Below are positions 37,643 to 41,417 of a stretch of 41,417 nt of DNA, piece by piece (the stretch's first letter is position 1; the number at the start of each line of letters is the position of its first letter). The notes beneath the pieces were generated by a model. It had not been told where the DNA came from, ran no database searches, and worked only from the letters and a program-made list of their open reading frames with translations. Made by a program: the position numbers and the translations under genes. The stretch comes from an uncultured archaeon (lineage in GTDB: Archaea; Asgardarchaeota; Heimdallarchaeia; Heimdallarchaeales; Kariarchaeaceae), in the NCBI GenBank assembly GCA_964645535.1, contig CAZYCQ010000029.1, positions 1 through 41,417 on the forward strand, written 5' to 3'.

Positions 37643-38850
37643 TCTTCTGCTGGCTCATATGGCTTTCCAATATGTTTCGGTGCCTTTGATTTTCCAATCA
37701 GCGCCAATGCGATCATTGCAATGAAATATGGGAAGATCTTAAGCAATGGGTCTGGGATCGCTTGGCTTACTCTCCCATAAAGTTTGAGGCCAGAACTCAG
37801 GAAAATGAAGTATCCAAAGAAGAGTGCAGCCAACACCGATCCGATGATCGTCCATTTTCCGAAGATCATAGCCACCAAGGCAATGAAGCCTTCACCTTGC
37901 ACCGTTCCTTCTGTGAAGAGCCCGAAACGCATAGTCATGAATGCCCCGCCGATAGAAGCCAGCATCCCTGAGATCAGAACCGCATAATATTGGTATCGAT
38001 GAACGGGAATCCCTGCAGTTGCAGCCGCTTGTGGATTTTCTCCTATTGCCCGAATACGTAGTCCAAAGGGGGTTCTGAAAAGAACCACATGGCAGACCGG
38101 TATCAACAGCAGACCAATGAAGAGGAGATAGTTCTGTTTGTTGAAGATTCCAATCGGATCAGGAATGAATTGAAGGATATCTCCCAAAACAGGGACATCA
38201 TAGAAGTTCTTGAACCTCAGTGCTTTCAGTACAGGACCTATGATGGGTGCCTCAAAGAAGTTGACCTTGTCAATTTTCTGAACCTCGTCTGATCTTCCAG
38301 GTCTCCAAATAAGGGCCGTCAGTACGCTGGTCAGACCAAGGGCAAACAGATTGATTGCAACACCTATGACAATCTGATCTGCTTTGAATGTGATGGTCAT
38401 AATTGCATGCACCAACGCGAGGAGTGTTCCAAAAACAATAGCTCCCAGCAGTCCCAGCCAATAATTCCCGAAACTATACGTGAAGAAGATTCCGGCCCAT
38501 GAAGCAAAAATCATGATCCCTTCAAGTCCAATATTGATCACTCCGGCTCGTTCGTTGAAAGTTGCCCCCATAGCAGTCATGAGGATGGGAAATGCCCAAA
38601 TCAATGTTTCTTTGAAAGTCGTTGTAGAAAGGAACCCCCTCCAAATTTCGGCATTGAAATCTGCAAAGCTTGGTACCGTCTCGCCTGCCTGTGCCGCGAA
38701 AGATCTGGTCATGAAATAAAGCACAATAGCGTAGATTTGAAGAATGACGACTATTTGCACGATCCATTTGAAAATGAGTTGCTTTCTTTTTGATTCGAAT
38801 ACTTGGGGGAATTTTACTTCCTTTATCCGTTCCAGAACGTTGATGCTCAT
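37639..38850 (-). CDS. Nucleoside/sugar (CUT2-type) ABC transporter permease
   Basis: ERAGVINIGLEG, GLRIRAIGENP and GEGFIAL. Confidence 0.92.
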   Translation of the reverse strand: MSINVLERIKEVKFPQVFESKRKQLIFKWIVQIVVILQIYAIVLYFMTRSFAAQAGETVPSFADFNAEIWRGFLSTTTFKETLIWAFPILMTAMGATFNERAGVINIGLEGIMIFASWAGIFFTYSFGNYWLGLLGAIVFGTLLALVHAIMTITFKADQIVIGVAINLFALGLTSVLTALIWRPGRSDEVQKIDKVNFFEAPIIGPVLKALRFKNFYDVPVLGDILQFIPDPIGIFNKQNYLLFIGLLLIPVCHVVLFRTPFGLRIRAIGENPQAAATAGIPVHRYQYYAVLISGMLASIGGAFMTMRFGLFTEGTVQGEGFIALVAMIFGKWTIIGSVLAALFFGYFIFLSSGLKLYGRVSQAIPDPLLKIFPYFIAMIALALIGKSKAPKHIGKPYEPAED

Positions 38851-40034
38851 TCTTTTTCTTCCTCCTTGATCTCAGGATTGAGAAGTTCTTTTCCGAAAAT
38901 GGCAACCATCAACTTTCTGTACACAATCCTTGAAATCAGGGGTGCTGAAACAAAAAGGATGATGAGTGCCTGAAACACAAAAATCATGTCTGCGGGGATG
39001 TCTGTATTGATGTCAATATTCAATTTGCTTGCATGCAAGAAGCCGAAAACCACTGCCGCGGCAATAATGGCGATCGGAGCATTCTGTCCGATCAAGGCAA
39101 CTGCAATCCCTTCAAAACCCAATGTGCTTTCCATCTGTTGGTTGTACCTGTAGGGGAAAGTTCCTTGAACCAATAGGGCACCTCCCATTCCTGCAACAGC
39201 TCCTGAAAGGACCATGGTCCAAACGATCACTCGTTTGGTATTGATGCCTGCTGCTTGGGCCGCAGTTTCATTCAAACCTGTAGCTCGAACTCTGTAACCG
39301 AAACTGGTTCGATAGATCAGAAAATGCATGGCAATGGCAACAATGATGGCGATGAAAATGGAATAATTGAACAATTGTGACAGTTCGGGAAATACCGGAT
39401 CTATCTTTGCAGATGATACGATGACCTCTGTTTGGCCATATGCATCCCCCTTTGATCGATTTATGAAAGGCGAGTAGGTTTTTGATCCGACAAGATAGAG
39501 TACCATGTTGATGGACACCAGATTCATTAGAATTGTCGTAATAACCTCATGGGCACCATAATATGCCTTGAGCAATCCGGGTAGCAAGGCCCAAAGGGCA
39601 CCGACAAGAGTTCCCACCAGCATAGTAACTAGGATGTTGATCTTATTGGTCATTAGAAACCTCAGTGCTGGAGTGTTTGGAACAATGCTTGCCGCCCAGA
39701 TGGCAGAAACGAGGGCTCCCATGATCAATTGCCCCTGACCTCCAATGTTGAACAGTCCTGCCTTGAAAGCAATTCCTACCGCCAAGCCGGTAAAAATTAA
39801 TGGAGTTGCCCAATACAAAATCTCAAGAATACCTTGTGGACTTGTAACAATTTCTCGGAAGCCATACTCAAATACATCAGAAAAGCTGAACCTGTGCCCT
39901 GCAATTCCAAGAATGATCAATAAAACCAAGATTGATACTCCTGCAAATAGGGCGGACAGAATTGTGATGGCAAGGGTCTCATTGAATGGATTTAGAACCC
40001 TTTTCCGCCATTTTTCCAAATCTTCTGCAATCAT
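38847..40034 (-). CDS. Nucleoside/sugar (CUT2-type) ABC transporter permease
   Basis: AGLFNIGGQGQ, HEVITTILMN and GFEGIAVALIG. Confidence 0.92.
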   Translation of the reverse strand: MIAEDLEKWRKRVLNPFNETLAITILSALFAGVSILVLLIILGIAGHRFSFSDVFEYGFREIVTSPQGILEILYWATPLIFTGLAVGIAFKAGLFNIGGQGQLIMGALVSAIWAASIVPNTPALRFLMTNKINILVTMLVGTLVGALWALLPGLLKAYYGAHEVITTILMNLVSINMVLYLVGSKTYSPFINRSKGDAYGQTEVIVSSAKIDPVFPELSQLFNYSIFIAIIVAIAMHFLIYRTSFGYRVRATGLNETAAQAAGINTKRVIVWTMVLSGAVAGMGGALLVQGTFPYRYNQQMESTLGFEGIAVALIGQNAPIAIIAAAVVFGFLHASKLNIDINTDIPADMIFVFQALIILFVSAPLISRIVYRKLMVAIFGKELLNPEIKEEEKE

Positions 40035-41416
40035 TGTACCACCTCCTTTTTGACATCTTCGCCAGAAATCATGAGTCTTGAAAGTCTTTCAATGTCAACT
40101 TCTTCCCTATTCATCTCTCCAACCACTTTTCCTTCGTACATGACAATTAACCGATCTGAGAGCTTAAGGACCTCATCCAAGTCTGCGGATACCAGGAGAA
40201 TTCCTGCATTGCGATTTCTTAAATCAATAAGATTGGTATGTACCTGTTCCATAACTCCAATGTCTACTCCCCGTGTTGGCTGACTTGCGATGACCAATTG
40301 TGGATTTTTGGCGAATTCCCTCCCAAGAATGACTTTCTGCTGGTTTCCTCCGCTGAGGTCTTTCACTGGTTGGTTGATCGATGAAGCCTTGACATTGAAT
40401 GTTTGAACAACCTTGTTTGCTATTGCTTTCATTATCCGCAGAGGCAGAAATATCTTGTCTGTTGGTCTTGTCTCTCCATTATTGATTGGCTTTGGGTCAG
40501 CATGGAAGGCAAGCCAGACGTTTTCCGTGATGGAGAAATCTTTGACAAGGCCTTGCGTCCCTCGATCTTCGGGGATATATGCCACTCCTGATGTCAGGAT
40601 GGCCTCTGTTGAGCTGTGTGCGAAATCTTTGGTTTCCTCCGGTGAAGGGTGGAAGAGGATTTTGCCATGGGACGGTTTTCTCAATCCCACAAGAAGGTCG
40701 ATAAGCTCTGTCTGGCCATTCCCTTCAACTCCTGCAACGCCCAGAATTTCATGTGTCCTCACAGTGAAAGAAACATTATCAATTAGTGGCTTTTCCGATT
40801 CGGGATGTTCGAGGGTCAGGTTTTCCACAACCAATAAATCTCTTTGAACCTTTGCAGGTGGGCGTTCCAGTCGTGATCCAACTTTCTTCCCAACTACTAG
40901 ATTGGCAAGTTCCTGTTCATTGGTCTCTGCGGGAATGGTTTCCCCAACAACCCTTCCTTTTCTCATCACTACGATTCGATCTGCAATATGCAAGGGTTCC
41001 TTAAGTTTGTGAGAAATGAAGATCATGGATTTTCCATCCTTCTTCAATTCCTTCATTGTTTCAAAAAGCTCCTCGACTTCAAGAGGGGTGAGCACGGCAG
41101 TTGGTTCATCAAGGATTAGAAGATCAGCCTTTCTGTAAAGTTGCTTAAGTATTTCCACCCGTTGTTTCAAACCGACTGGAAGATCCTCCACCTTTTGTTC
41201 CGGATTGATTTCCATTCCATACCTTTTCCCTAGATTCCGTATTGTCTCATTTGTTTGTTCCCTGTCAATAAACCATTTGCCTGTGATCTCGTTACCTAGG
41301 GTGATGTTTTCAGCCACTGTCAGGGGTTCCACCAATTGAAAATGTTGATAGACCATGCCAATACCCAACAGCATTCCTTCCCTCGGGTTTGGAATCTTGA
41401 TTTGAACTAGTTCCCC
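40031..41416 (-). CDS. Nucleoside/sugar ABC transporter tandem ATPase, 5' truncated by the window edge
   Basis: GIGMVYQHF, ILDEPTAVL, GVEGNGQ, LSGGNQQK and QPTRGVD. Frame is open to the window end. Confidence 0.92.
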   Translation of the reverse strand, partial: GELVQIKIPNPREGMLLGIGMVYQHFQLVEPLTVAENITLGNEITGKWFIDREQTNETIRNLGKRYGMEINPEQKVEDLPVGLKQRVEILKQLYRKADLLILDEPTAVLTPLEVEELFETMKELKKDGKSMIFISHKLKEPLHIADRIVVMRKGRVVGETIPAETNEQELANLVVGKKVGSRLERPPAKVQRDLLVVENLTLEHPESEKPLIDNVSFTVRTHEILGVAGVEGNGQTELIDLLVGLRKPSHGKILFHPSPEETKDFAHSSTEAILTSGVAYIPEDRGTQGLVKDFSITENVWLAFHADPKPINNGETRPTDKIFLPLRIMKAIANKVVQTFNVKASSINQPVKDLSGGNQQKVILGREFAKNPQLVIASQPTRGVDIGVMEQVHTNLIDLRNRNAGILLVSADLDEVLKLSDRLIVMYEGKVVGEMNREEVDIERLSRLMISGEDVKKEVVQ

Positions 41417-41417
41417 T

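Overview
This is an archaeal chromosomal window, shown by archaeal-type ribosomal proteins, Cbf5, two PurP paralogues and an intron-containing tRNA. The mix of archaeal core genes with RNase II/R, bacterial-type Zwf/Pgl, a PAC4-like protein and CTERM-anchored surface proteins suggests an Asgard (Heimdallarchaeia-like) organism, but that is inference. Ribosomal genes sit in scattered fragments (S19-L22-cbf5-L14e; L1-P0-P1; L32e-L19e-L18-S5-L30-L15). Around them are tupABC, a nucleoside-type ABC transporter, a GMC oxidoreductase pair, a GT-C glycosyltransferase and several Lrp/wHTH regulators. Five signals are not explained by the gene list. (1) rpl1 has no ATG/GTG/TTG start, apparently starts at ATC, and is preceded by a canonical kink-turn that overlaps its Shine-Dalgarno and competes with an alternative hairpin. 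(2) A sharp A/C-rich to G/T-rich strand-skew flip is centred on tRNA-Ser. (3) A ~260 bp array of ATCGAT palindromes is bounded by 22-bp direct repeats, beside a wHTH-CxxC gene and a PAC4-like gene. (4) A structured element closed by a 16-bp inverted repeat lies upstream of rpl32e. (5) A cassette encodes a small secreted protein and two paralogous anchored surface proteins. No CRISPR array, rRNA or intact mobile element was seen. All product calls come from motif recognition by eye, not database searches.
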